This document shows positions 1-12,358 of a DNA stretch of 64,000 bases, one piece after another. The stretch lies in the NCBI GenBank assembly GCA_964106645.2, contig OZ067043.1; one strand, given 5' to 3'. The notes beneath the pieces were generated by a model, which made no database searches, had not been told where the DNA came from, and was given only the letters and a program-made list of their open reading frames with translations. How positions within the stretch are numbered: position 1 is the first letter of the stretch; each line of letters opens with the position of its first letter. The stretch comes from Podarcis pityusensis (Eukaryota). Made by a program: the position numbers and the translations under genes.

Positions 1-1002
1 CCACTGACAGTTATCTGCATCAAAGATAGCTAAGTTGACAGGATGTGGTGTTCTTAAGGAGGTTCTGCTAGAAATAAAGCATGTGTCCCTATGCTCTCGT
101 TGGGGCAACTTTTTTTGTTCACCTTGGCACTTGGTGGCTCATGATGACATCCGTTATTAACTCAGATCTCAGGAGAAGCTCCGTTCCATATTCTGTTGCT
201 CACACAAGTAAAATCGGAAAGTGCAAGGAGTCTAGCTTTTTCCATCAGAACCCCAATACTGTGGAATGTCCTTTTTGAGGAGATCCACCAGACTACTTCC
301 TTGATGTCATTCCACTAACAAATAATAACTTCCTTGTTACTCCTAGTGACTGAGTAGAATTCATGCTGCCGCTCAGGTTACTATTTGGGAGTATTATCAT
401 TTATAGCGGTTATCATTAATTTCAGTTGATTTTAAAATTACTCCATGAAGAGCTGTTTTTAAAACTTATCCTGTGAAAGGCTCCAGGCAGAGAGTGTGAT
501 TTATAGATAGACTTATTTTATAGTGCCAGATGCCCACCCAAAAATATGCTGTGCTTGCATTCATAAAAAGGGTGCAGGCCAATGTGCTGCAAAGTTTATT
601 TTCTTCTAGCAGCAAAGCTACTGGAAAGGGTAGCAGGAGTGTTTGCTTGGCTCTGTTCTATAGCCGTGCCCAAGATAACTCTGTTCCTTCCCAGGTGCCA
701 TAGATGGCTGCTGCCTCTGCCTGTTTTGTTGTGCCTGTGATACAACTGCCCACCAGAAATCTAGCTAGACAAGATTCTGTATGCATTAAGGATCAGGAAG
801 ATCAGGAACACATGTGAATAGGTGCTGAACGAAGGAGGAACAGTTAGTTAATGAATTCATTAATTTCATAAAATGTATATATATACCAGTTGAGGAAAAT
901 ATTCTTTGTCTTTAATAAATTATTGAAAACTGCTTTTTTTATCTCTTGCACTTCCCGTTTGATGTTAATTTTTACACACACACACACACACAAAATTGGG
1001 TA

Positions 1003-1309
1003 CAGTGGTGCCCCGCAAGACGAATGCCTCGCAAGACGAAAAACTCGCTAGACGAAAGGGTTTTGCGTTTTTTGAGTCATTCCGCAAGACGAATTTCCCT
1101 ATGGGCTTGCTTCGCAAGACGAAACGTCTTGCGAGTTCTTGCGAGTTTGTTTCCTTTTTCTTAAAGCCGCTAAGCCGTTACTAGCCGTTAATAGCCGCTA
1201 AGCCGCTAATAGCCGCTAAGCCGCTAATAGCCATGCTTCGCAAGACGAAAAAACCGCAAGACAAAGAGACTCGCGGAACGGATTAATTTCATCTTGCGAG
1301 GCACCACTG
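1003..1309. mobile_element. Tc1/mariner-superfamily (pogo/Tigger-like) MITE, 307 bp
   Basis: TIRs CAGTGGTGCCCCGCAAGACGAA ... TTCATCTTGCGAGGCACCACTG (2 mismatches); TA on both sides (1001-1002, 1310-1311); internal GCAAGACGAA repeats and (TAGCCGCTAA)-like tandem units; CpG-rich, so young. Confidence 0.9.
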
Positions 1310-3226
1310 TACTTTCATCCTTAGGTAGATTACTTCATTGATTTTTTAACTCTTTGCCCTTCTTTCTCCCTTTCCCAGTTGCAGGCAGAGGTCTGATGTT
1401 TTTATTTCTGTAGCGTGCCAAGCATATACTAGGCATTTTATAAATGAAAATAATTGCGATAAGCAATTTTGATATCACAAAGCACCATCTGAATGCTAAA
1501 TACTAAAGTTGTTTTCTGGGTACCTGCTGTCTCCTTTTTCTACATTTCTGTGTTTCACCTCAAAAGCAGGAATGATCAAGAGAAAGAACTCAAAATACGA
1601 ACTCCCCTGTTTTAGAACAAGGCAGTCCCCATTTAAGTTGGCAAATCCCCTTTCAGTCTTGTCTAACTCAAGGTCAAACTCTTTCTGTGGAGCTGTGCCC
1701 ATGAAATGACATATCCATGGCCAAAGAGAGGTTGCCCATAAATCCAAGTGGATGGGGACTTTCCTGAGCTATAAGTTCAGGTCTGCCTAAATGTAGAGAA
1801 TGTGAATTCTTTGTGCTCTGCTACCAGTTTTGACTCCATTCTACTCTTTCTATGCATCCTGATCCTAAGCAAATTTCTTAAATAGCATATATTCTGTGAC
1901 TGGTATAGTTTGCAAATTCAGGAGTTTTCCTTCCCATGGGCCTAGCCATATGCCCATGCCTGGAAGCCGATGGGATAAGCGGAAATTGCTTTTCAACAAC
2001 AATGATAGTGGCAGCATATTACCTTGCCCATAGATCTCCTCAAATTTCTTTCATAAGGATTTGGCAGCAGTAAATACCAATAAAAGGGAGCAGGGGAATT
2101 AGGATTGGGTCAAAGTTGATTCTTCACACTTCCATAAGATTTCCCCGTATCTCATGCAGAGTTTTCTTATTCCTCTTAAATGAAAGTTTTGATTTGCAGT
2201 TTTTACAGAACTATGGGATCATTACAGGGAAGAGCTGCAGAAGGAGGCTCTAGAAAATTAAATTAGACAGAGAAAAGAAGGGATGTGATATATTATTGTG
2301 GGATGGGGAGGAATGGAATATAATCTTCTCAAGTAGAAGCAAGACTATATTTCATGTTCTGTATTTCTAATTCAGACATGAGTGAGCAGGTAGTTTTAGT
2401 GTAGAAATTTGCCCTGCTGTTTCCTCCATGAATAATAACTTTGTTCTTGCTTCCTGATTAGATGTTCCAGATAAATAATAATGGCAGCTATTATACCTAT
2501 GAATATCTGACAGTATTATATTTCTCAAAATGTCAAATAAGGAGGCAAGAACAAAGTTATACTTCAGTGGAAAATTCACAGTATGAACCTGTTCAGACCT
2601 AGGAGGACTGAGTGATTCTTTTTAAACAACAAAAGAAGTGGAATTCTTAAAATGCATCTTTTTCTGCATTCCAACAGAGAATGAAATATGAGGGCAATAT
2701 TCTGCTTATGTCATGTTATGTGGGGCATTTTCATTCAACCGCATAGAATAGAAAAATATTCAATGAATGTACATAAATTGAAAATGTTATTTTGAGCTCA
2801 GATTTTTATTAGAAGCAAGCATCCACGATTCAGCTGAATGATAGAAAATAATGAAAGATAAGAGAGCTTTTAAAGAACAAGAACATACTTATGAGTAACA
2901 TAAATAGCAGTTCTATGAATGAAATCCAAATGGTGTCTTTGTGCTTATGAATGGGCTTTTGACCTGGCAGGTGTTTTTGCTAACAGAAGAATGGAGGAAT
3001 TTTATGCAAGTTTTGCCTTCAACCCCCAGCATCCTGGGCTTTAGTACCCAGCAGACAGACCGGAGTGAAGCCCACAGGCTCAGTCCGGTCTGCCCACAGG
3101 GTAACCTGCCCACGATTGGACAGTTTGTGGGCAGGCTACAATTTGTGGGCAGGCTGGGAAGAAAAGGAGGGATCGCAGGTGAGAGCTGGGAGGGACTGTT
3201 ATCCTCTGTAGGTGGTGGGGGCTGAG

Positions 3227-3271
3227 TATTATCATTATCATCATCATCATCATCACCACCACCACCACCAT
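3227..3271. repeat. Compound (TAT)/(CAT)n/(CAC)n microsatellite
   Basis: Direct reading. Confidence 0.9.
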
Positions 3272-4666
3272 CTGGGTGGGAGGCTAGGACTACTGATCAA
3301 TGTCAACTAACATGAAGTAATTTTTAGTGAATTATGAGACTAAATTCCAAATGAATATGCATAGGATTTGGCTGTGTGGCTTAGATCTTATGTTCACTAT
3401 AGCCTTACTAGGTAGTATACAAACAAGTGGCTTTTTCATAAGCTTCCATTACCTGACCAGTAACCAAAGGGGTTTGGTATACATAGGCAGGTGTATTACA
3501 TTTCTCTGTTGCACACAAAATCCAAATGGAGTGAATGTGACTCACCCATAAATGGAAGCCACTGATGTTAAACTAGCAGAGCACTGAGAATCATATGACA
3601 CCAAAAGTGGGACAGTTTTATTTTGTAGTGAGAAAGCCACCTCCAGTGCTTGCGGAGTTCTAGAGTTTCAAATATCCTAATGAATTCCAACTCATCAGTT
3701 TCTTGCTGAAGACTAAGCTAGGAGCACCTATCTATAGCGAAAGGCAGAGATTCAAATCTGACTTATATGCTGGTTTTTCTTCATTGCCAATGTTAACAAA
3801 AAGTGATTTTAGTCTTAATTTTTCTTTGGGAAGGTATGGAAAAGTGATTGGGCATCAGATACAACATTTCTACAAGGTGATTTGTTTGGTAGATGAACGA
3901 ATGAAAATTGCTTGTTCCTGGTTGATATGTGGAGTAGCTTTTAAAATGCAGAGTGACACAAAGTCTGGGGGAGGGACCCTGGAAGTAGTAAGATGTTTCA
4001 ACAGTGGGAGCTTTCCCATTGTCCATTATTGCAGAATAGCAGAAATGGGGAATGTGTTGCACTCCAGATTTTATTGGAAACCAACACTCTCTAGCTCCAA
4101 CCAGCATGGCCAGTGTTCAGGTATGGTAGGAGCTGTTGTAGTTCAGCAACACCTGGAGTTCACAGCTTCTGTGTCTCTGCAGTATAGTTTTGTCTGAACA
4201 TTTACCAACTTTACAGTCTAGGATCAATTACACCTGTCTAGGATCAATATGCCGCTTTTTAGCCTCTCTTATACTTACAGGTGTTAATGACTTTTGGTTT
4301 GCTTATTTAGTTACTTACCATATATTGTATCTTACCCTTCTTCCAAAATGGAGCACAGAGTGCAGCAACAATCATAAAAGGCCATAAAATAAAATACCAA
4401 AAACTGACAAGGCAAGATACTGCTGAGGGTGGGGTGGGCAGGCTGGTAATGTTGAAAAGCGAGTCTACTTACCATTCTATGGGATTGCATGTAGTCACAG
4501 GCCACTGTAGGCCAGCATATGGGGTAGGCAAGAGAATAAATATTGTCACCTTCACTAGCTGAAGGGAGATGCAATTCCATTTGAAGCAGAAAAAACACAA
4601 CTTGTAAACTGTGGCAGTGCATATAAACTGGAATGGAGAAAGTCCTAAAGAAGCACTTTAAAATGT

Positions 4667-4772
4667 CAGCTTTCACCAACCTGGTGCTCTCCAGATGTTT
4701 TGGACTACCATGCTGGGGGTGATGGGAGTTGTGATACAAAACATCTGGAGGGTATCAGCCTGGCAAAGGCTG
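4667..4772. mobile_element. Degenerate palindromic hAT-type MITE (same family as 26344-26479)
   Basis: CTCCAGATGTTTTG ... CAAAACATCTGGAG inverted arms; CAGC...GCTG ends. Confidence 0.7.
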
Positions 4773-5689
4773 GGAAATGTGATCTTGGTCTAAGGTACAT
4801 TTTGCTAAGGAGGTATCACAATACACGATAAACAGTTCCAGAGTTTGGATAAATGACAGCATTAATTACCTTGATAGATGCTGAGCCGGAGGGATTTGAG
4901 AGGGGAGAATACCGCAGCAGGAAATCCTAGGCTGCCTTACTTAACAGCATCCACATTACAAGCAAACAGTAGACTTGGTTCAAGCAAAGACTTTTAAGTC
5001 TCATTTCAGTGAGATACATTTAAATGCGGCCAACTTTCCCATTTAAATGACACTTGCAGCATAATCTTATACATGTGCACTCTGATGCGATTCCTATGGA
5101 ATTCGGTGTCTCTTTGCTCATTACTACAGTTTCCCCCTAAAAGCTTCACCTATGCTGTACCTTGCATGCTGTAAGGCTTACAATAACTGAATAACAGACT
5201 GCTACTAGTTATTATTATACTTGTATTTCATATGGAGGAGGTGGGTAGAGCCTGGAATATGCCCATGTTCCTTCAATGAGTTCATAGCTAACTGGAGGTT
5301 TGAACTGGAGTCTTTGCAGTTCACACCAAATGTCCTTTAATGCTTCGGCAGCTGTTACTCAGCTGCCTCGTCAAATCTATGCCTAAGTAAACCAATGTGA
5401 CATTCCCTGGTATTGTGGGAGCCCTTATAGTATATAACATGCAGACTTGAGCTGAAGTGGCATTTATTTTACATGATTTTCTGTGTCCATTTTGCAAGTG
5501 GAAAACCTCTTATTACTTGATCAGATAAAGGTACAGCTTCATTCACAGTAGAAACAGTGGCATCAAACTGTAGTGTTGCATCAATTACAGTATTTATAAC
5601 AAATGTGTATGCTTACTGGGGTAGGTATTGTGAGAATATACAGTACATTATAGTGAAATCTATAAAATAATAAAGCAAGTTGAATTTAG

Positions 5690-6090
5690 ATTATTTTTAT
5701 TTTTATTAAATTGGTATACCACCCTTCCTTCATCCGAAGATCACACGGCACCTCATAACAGAAAAATACAAAACAAGAACACAAAAAACAAAAGAAAAAA
5801 ACAAACCAATAACCCCCCTCCCAGAAACACCTTTAAAAGGTCATAGAATGTTTAATTAGCCAAAGGTCTGATTATAGAGAAACTTTTTGCTTGGTGCCTA
5901 AAGATACGTAAGGAAGCTGCCAGGCAAGCCTCCCTGGGGTGAACATTCTACAAATGGGGAGCCACTGCGGAAAAGGCCTGTTCCTGTGTTGCCACCCTCT
6001 AGGCTTCTCAAGGATGGTACATACAAAGAAGGGCCTCAGATGATGATCACAGGATCCAGGTTGGTTTAGAAACAGAGTGGTGGGCCTTGA
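5690..6090 (-). mobile_element. L2-type LINE 3' fragment
   Basis: TTTA-rich tail followed by CAGGCAAGCCTCCCTGGGG...TTCTACAAATGGGGAGCCAC, typical of a reversed squamate L2 3' end (pattern recognition). Confidence 0.6.
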
Positions 6091-7612
6091 GATCCTCAAA
6101 GAGCTAAAGCAAAATTCATTGACATGGAAGATAATACATGGTTTTATAACATACACACACCACAAAACACACACATTGCAATGCAAATTGTGATATGTAT
6201 CTTCCAATAAAATCTGGATGATGGCATTTTATAACAGAACAGGCATTGTGGATTCTTAGAACTGGATTACTTTCAAAGGTTCTCCCTAGTAATACAATAC
6301 TATTAGCAGTACAACAGTAGTACAGATACTTTTTTTCATGCTCTTTTCTTCAATAGCATGAGCTTGGCATACTTGCAGATAATAGCTAAATTGTATAGAA
6401 ACCAATAGTAGTCATGGATTTATGGCTAGAAAATGGGTGACAAGATCCATAGATTTTTAACAAGGCCTCATCAACCATGTTAAGTTCTCCCACCCCCACA
6501 AAACACAACCAACTACCAACAGAATGGAGGGACCATTTACATGGCATGGTTTTATTTAATAACTTTGCAGTAAATACCTGCTTTTGTATTATATGTTCTT
6601 GTATCTCAAAAGCCAGTGGAAAGACAAGTAGCTTTGGCCCTTAAGAGGGGATGTCTCAAATTTAATAATATAATTTATGTAGTATTTAAACAGCAAGGAT
6701 AGCACGTCCCTTAAATGTCATGTCATATTTCTTTTGATTTTTGGGGGAGGGGGAGTGCTATAAAACTTACAATACTCTTTGATTATATACAGTAATAGAG
6801 TGGGTAGGTGAACCAGAGACTACAACATTCAGGCTATCCTATCACTGAGTGTAGTAAAAATATCAATATTGTGCTATGTCAATAGCCTCACAGTGCACCA
6901 ACAAGGCTCTTTCCATCCTTATGTAGGACACAAATTACTTTGCTCTTTGCCTAACAGCTTACTAGCTTCCCCTCGTCATATCTTATTAAATTATTGTGTC
7001 TCTGGTTTCAAAATTGCTTTGTTGTTTTAGTGGATGGTGCCAGATATTTTCAAAAGAATGATCTAGTGATTTTTGTCTGAAATGCTTCTCAGTCCAGTGA
7101 TATTCCATAAACAAACTATAGACTATTCATTATGAACTTTCAAATAAGAGTTGATATTTATAAAATTGATGCCTTATGGGTGGTATATATTTGGAGTGTG
7201 GTAACCTCACAGGAACTGTCTGATGTGTCTTTGTGATGTTCTGTATGATCAGTTACATTGCATCTGTATTGCATGTAGCTATAATTCTGAGGTCTCTATA
7301 TCTGTGAGTCTTGATATCCAACCTGGTTAGCCTTCCACTGACCTCTGTTTCCAGATAACTCTGTTCTGATCTATATTTCTGAGCCATGGGTCTGTTAAAG
7401 CAGTGCGATAGCAAGGCCATTGTCTCACTCCAGCACTTCTAAGCATTTTTCCTTTCGTCCCCACTGTGTGACATCTGCAATTCTACTTGTAAATGAGTTC
7501 TATAAAATATTAATGAACATATCAGATTGTCATGCCAGACATTCAACTTCTATTTGCAGTATTCTGCAAAGCCGCTTTGTAAAAAATGAAGTAAAAAATG
7601 AAATGGGGCACC

Positions 7613-7614
<2 letters not shown>

Positions 7615-7663
<49 letters not shown>

Positions 7664-7668
7664 TCTCT
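7615..7668. repeat. (CT)n microsatellite
   Basis: Direct reading. Confidence 0.95.
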
Positions 7669-9235
7669 ATTTATACATGATAGAACTACAATTGTCTATG
7701 GGGCACATTCATTTTTTATTTTTTTTGTCCTGCTGTCATTTCTTACGAATTTTATTTCGGAAGTGTTATAGTATTCTTGGACTACATATAGTAATGGGTT
7801 GGGTTTGTGAACCAAAGACCCGGATTATGGAACTTCCTCCCAAATGACATTTGGCTATCTTCTGCGTTGTCCTCATTTAGATGCAAGGTGAAAATCCCTG
7901 TTCCTGGGTTAGAGGGAGCGGCCTCTGGGTGCACATTGCAGTTCCCTTCTCCTCCTCCAACAATTAAATATATTTAAGAGGTCAGTAAAGTATGGTCTTA
8001 CTTAACTGTATACTTAATCTAAATCGAGGCGCTTCCATGCGGTACCCTGCAGCGCCTCCTAGGTTTGACGCCCAGTGCGATGGAACTGATCACACTGTCC
8101 TAAATCCGTCTCTGAAATACGTGTCTCTATGATAGCAGCTCCTAGTAGCAAGCTTCTTTTTAATTATTTTTCTGGTTCTGTAAGGAGCAAATAGGTTGAA
8201 TGGAAAATAGTCTAAAAGAAAATCTAGCCAATAATTAATAATTAATAGAAGTATGGTAATTCTTTTCATTACGGCTAACAATATATTCTTTCCACATATT
8301 CAAAATGTTAATCCTGTTTTCTCTGCAGATTATTTATGCAAAATAGTGCTTGATTATTGCAAAAGCCAGATCCCTTTGCTTTTGACAATGCAAAGTGATA
8401 TTTTTCTTTCTGTCAAGGTTTGTTGCTAAAAATAATTAAATTACTACTTACTCCCCTTTCCTAACCTTTGGTTTAAAAAAATCAAAATTTTAAAAATGCA
8501 CTTATTTCTTTGGGCTAATGTAACAGAAGTTTCAACCACTTATTTTAAGAAATTTTGGTAACTTGATCAAATGCTAGAGGAAGCTTCTAGTATCAAGTCA
8601 AATCCTCTCCTGCTAAAACATCAATGCAACAAATTTCCCAGTTAATTAATTAATATTGCAGGAATTGCATGTCTCTCAACTAAAAGTGAATTAAAGCTAG
8701 TCAGTTTGAAAGAGAGCTGTAAGTGAACAGAGGTAGAAACACATTACTTTTGCTCTAGTCAAAAAGGTTTTGCAGGTTTTTTAAACTAAACACATGAAAG
8801 TTAGATGAGCAGAGCTCCCTCTTTTAAAATGCTCAAGCTCCTGAGAAAAACAAATTATTATTGGTCTTGGAGCCTAACTACTCTGATCTTATATTATGTG
8901 GTTAATTTCTGTTTCCTGTTTATAGTTCACTGTGGGTATTCCATCGTAATAACTATAATCAGTGTGTTTACAGAATCGTATGACTCTTTTGGTGTTTTGT
9001 TTCCAAAGGAATAGCCAGATTAGAAATAAAATGTATGAAATATAAATAGTTACAATTCAATTAGAGCCAGAATGTATGCAAAATAAGTAGTGTGATCCTT
9101 TACCATGGCAGTGATAGGTGATAAAATAATGGACTTGGAAATGCTAATTAACATCTGCAGTTGGAAAGGAAACCACTGGCTGTATTCAGGCCCAAAGGGA
9201 TAGAGTTGAACTTCTTGATGAATGGAAACTGAGCT

Positions 9236-9808
9236 AATAAACGGACATAATGGAAACTGAGCTAATAAACGGACATAAATCAGACATCAAGAATCACAAA
9301 ACAGAGAAACCAGTAGGAGAACACTTCAATCTCCCAGGACATTCTATACAAGATCTCAAAGTAGCTGTTTTGCTACAAAGGAATTTCAGAAATAGACTGG
9401 AAAGAGAAGCTGCTGAATTGCAACTCATTACCAAACTTAAAACCATGGAGAGACCTGGTTTGAACAAAGACATTGGATTCTTATCTCATTATACATGACT
9501 AAGCCATTTCTCACCTTCTCACCCCTTGCCTTTTCCTGTAAGACCCATTGCAGTCGTTAAGAGTCGTCAACAGGCTCATCCCAGCTATCTGCCAATCACC
9601 CATTCCCACCACCCTTCTGAGTAATACCCCTCCCCACCTTCTCACTATATAGAAGGATCTGGCAACTTCTGTTTCAGTGTATCTGAAGAAGTGTGCATGC
9701 ACACGAAAGCTCATACCAAGAACTAACTTAGTTGGTCTTTAAGGTGCTACTAGAAAGAATATTTTTTATTTTGACTATGGCAGACCAACACGGCTACCTA
9801 TCTGTAAC
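9236..9808 (+). mobile_element. 5'-truncated Penelope-like retroelement (C-terminal GIY-YIG region plus 3' UTR/pLTR)
   Basis: ORF 9250..9498 INGHKSDIKN...PVGEHFNLPGHS...LKVAVL...RE.AE.LI.KL.T...GLNKD, the typical end of a vertebrate Penelope GIY-YIG domain; flanked by GGAAACTGAGCT at 9224-9235 and 9809-9820. Confidence 0.9.
9679..9716 (+). ncRNA. Minimal type I hammerhead ribozyme motif in the Penelope 3' region
   Basis: GTAT-CTGAAGA-A-GTGTGCATGCACAC-GAAA-GC-TC^ATAC: CUGANGA and GAAA core, palindromic stem II, GTAT/ATAC stem I, UH cleavage site after 9712. Confidence 0.8.
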
Positions 9809-11044
9809 GGAAACTGAGCTGACAGGCTGCTGGTAGCAGACAAAAGCTTTTATTTAATATTAATGAAAGTTAATGGCATATAATCACTATTATCTTAGTG
9901 GGTTTTTTATCATCCTTAGTATGTGAGTATGGGACTTAGTTTGTATAGAACTAACGTAATTATTTTTGCAATTATTTTAATATACAAGGAAGCAACTGCT
10001 TTCCATGCAGTTGCTAGCATGTGCTTCACTGGCTTACCTTAGTGTCTGAATTCCCAAAGGTGATTATTCTCTTGAGTTAAATGTCAATTCATATTCTTGA
10101 ACAACCTCTAAAGTGTCTTTTGTATTTGGATGCAGTTGCAAGAATTCAGAGTCCAGAGACTCTGCAGCATATTAGTGGTGCTGCAAATGTTTTCAGGCAC
10201 AATTTGCCTCTCTTAGAAAATTGTATTGTCATTAGCAGTTGGGTAAAAGTGCAGTTTGACCTCTTCAAGACTGAACCTTTAATGTGAATTGCAGCATTGT
10301 CTGTTTCTAGGCTAAGAGATTTGTGTTCTTTCTGCCGTATCTTCAGAGCACGCTAGTGCAATAGGCTAGTGTGGAGACACCAGCTTGGCCAAGATCATTC
10401 AGGGACATCCAAAGCAAGTGCTTTATCGACTGTAGTATCGTGGTCTCTCTTTCATTTCTGAAAACTACTTGGGCAATTGATTAAATTGCATAGGAAAATT
10501 ATGAAATTGTCCCAGACTGAAAAACTGTTCTCTCAGTCAGTGTCCAGTCATTTCTTGGAAGCTGGTCCAAACCTATACAATCTTGTATGTTATGAAAGGA
10601 AACATCGAGTTTTATTTGAGAAATAACATAAAGAGACCATAGTACTTGCATTTGGCAGTTTATCTAGCTGTTCATTTAGTTCTTCAAACAGTGCTGTAAC
10701 TGAGGCAGACTGTGGAAAGACCATGTCTCTTCTGGAAAAAGTATCTCTTAGCTTCTTTCAGTTCCATTTATTGAAGCTCCTTGTGTTTCTTGCTGCCTAC
10801 TTGGTATTTGTAGCCGGGCATTGCTGTGTCACATATAGTTGTGTTATTTATTTAAAATATTTTAATTTTATATTTCTGTTAAAATATCCAAAGCAGTTCA
10901 TAAAGGCAATGTATCAGAAAATAACAGTGTAATACAATTTGAAACAGCAGCACCAGCAAAGGAAACAGCTGAAAATCAGAGTGCTCTGACAAACGCCCTT
11001 TAAACATTGTTCCCTGTCCCTGATATCCAGTTTCAGTTCTTCAG

Positions 11045-11263
11045 TTCTGACTCGCGACGAGAAGGTGAAGAAGTGAGGCGGAATGGCTGGCGCGGCAGTA
11101 TCTTAAACCGCAAACCACGCCCCCACCAAGCCGCCCGGTTGGGCGCTTACCTGTGGGTGTGGTGCGCCAGCCAGGTGAGTGGGGCAGGGGGCATAACGCC
11201 CCCTGCGTGACGCAGAAATCACATCCCGCCCACAACACCTCCCCTCCGGGAGGAGGAGAGACC
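11045..11263. mobile_element. GC/CpG-rich 219-bp insertion between 14-bp direct repeats; possibly a DIRS/Ngaro terminal-repeat fragment
   Basis: TTTCAGTTCTTCAG at 11031-11044 and 11264-11277; sharp compositional shift; family assignment is a guess. Confidence 0.65.
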
Positions 11264-11843
11264 TTTCAGTTCTTCAGATGAAATGCAGTGGTGGGAGGGT
11301 GGTGGCTCTACCCTACCACATGGGATGTTACTGTTCCTTCCCTAATGATCAGAGTTGCAGTCCAACAACATCTGGAGTGCTACAAAGTACCATCTTTGGC
11401 ATGCCAAAAATCTGCAAAGACTAAGCAATTCTGGGACTTGCAGTTCTTTAAAGAGCATGTTACATAGACATGTATCTTCAGACCTTTAGAAGTGGGGCAA
11501 GTGAATATGGTGTGAGGTCTTTTGTGGGGGGCGAGGCACAAGAGAAAGCACTAAAGTCTCCCGTTTTGTCCTTTGGTCCCAGTCTGCACTGAAGGATCCC
11601 GTGGCTGCTACTTTTTAACATTTTAAAAAATGAGGTGGTGGAGGAACTGTTTAAAATTGCATTATGCTTTGTATACAGCTACTACTTGGAAGATGTAAAA
11701 TGATAATATGAAATGAGAAAAAAACAAGACAAAAATACATTTTCATGGCATTTGCATATGAAATGATGTCTGAGTTTAGGAAAATGCCACCTGGGCATAA
11801 AGAAACCTTCACTGTGCATTACATTATAACTTAGCAGCACATT

Positions 11844-11882
11844 GTAAAAGGGTAAAGGGACCCCTGACCATTAGGTCCAGTC
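11844..11882 (-). mobile_element. Sauria-type SINE 3' tail remnant
   Basis: GTAAAAGGGTAAAGGGACCCCTGACCATTAGGTCCAGTC, recognised as the reversed (ACCTTT)-type tail of lacertid Sauria SINEs. Confidence 0.7.
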
Positions 11883-12358
11883 AAATAAACAGGTGGGCTC
11901 ATTTCTTCTGAGTCAAATGTTGATGGATGTGTTCTGATAATGTGGCCGGTTTGGGTAGTTTCACATGGCTCCCCAACTATGAAATACCCACCGTGATGAG
12001 GTTTACCAACATGGTTTGTTTTTAGTTACCAGACTAAAACCTTCCTGTTTGTTTTTATCTTTTTTTCCTGCAACATGTTTGCTGATGTTTTCTTTGGATG
12101 TTGCATTTTAATTTTTGTCCTGATATCCTTATACAGAACTGGATTGATGTGTTTGTATGAATGTATGTATCTCTCTATCTAAAGATATTTTTAAATATAC
12201 TACCTGACAACTTTATTTTTTATATAAAAATACTTACATAAGGGTTAGGCTAAAGCTTTATCTGTGGTTTCCTTTTTGTAAATGGTTTGGTTGGTCATTC
12301 TATGCCAGCCTTCCCCAAACTGGTGCCCTTACATTAAATATAATATTTTATTTAATAT

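Noticed and set aside
996-1270. Repeated GCAAGACGAA units resembling a CRISPR-like array
   Set aside because: Spacing is irregular, the units occur in both orientations, and they are bounded by TIRs and a TA TSD, so this is a MITE in a vertebrate genome.
12032-12165. About 100-nt AG-free U-rich tract ending in CAG (12134-12136), with an ATATCCTT motif at 12123
   Set aside because: Downstream donors are weak, the phase-1 reading hits TGA after three codons, and the ATATCCTT has no upstream exon; not supportable as an exon or a U12 site.
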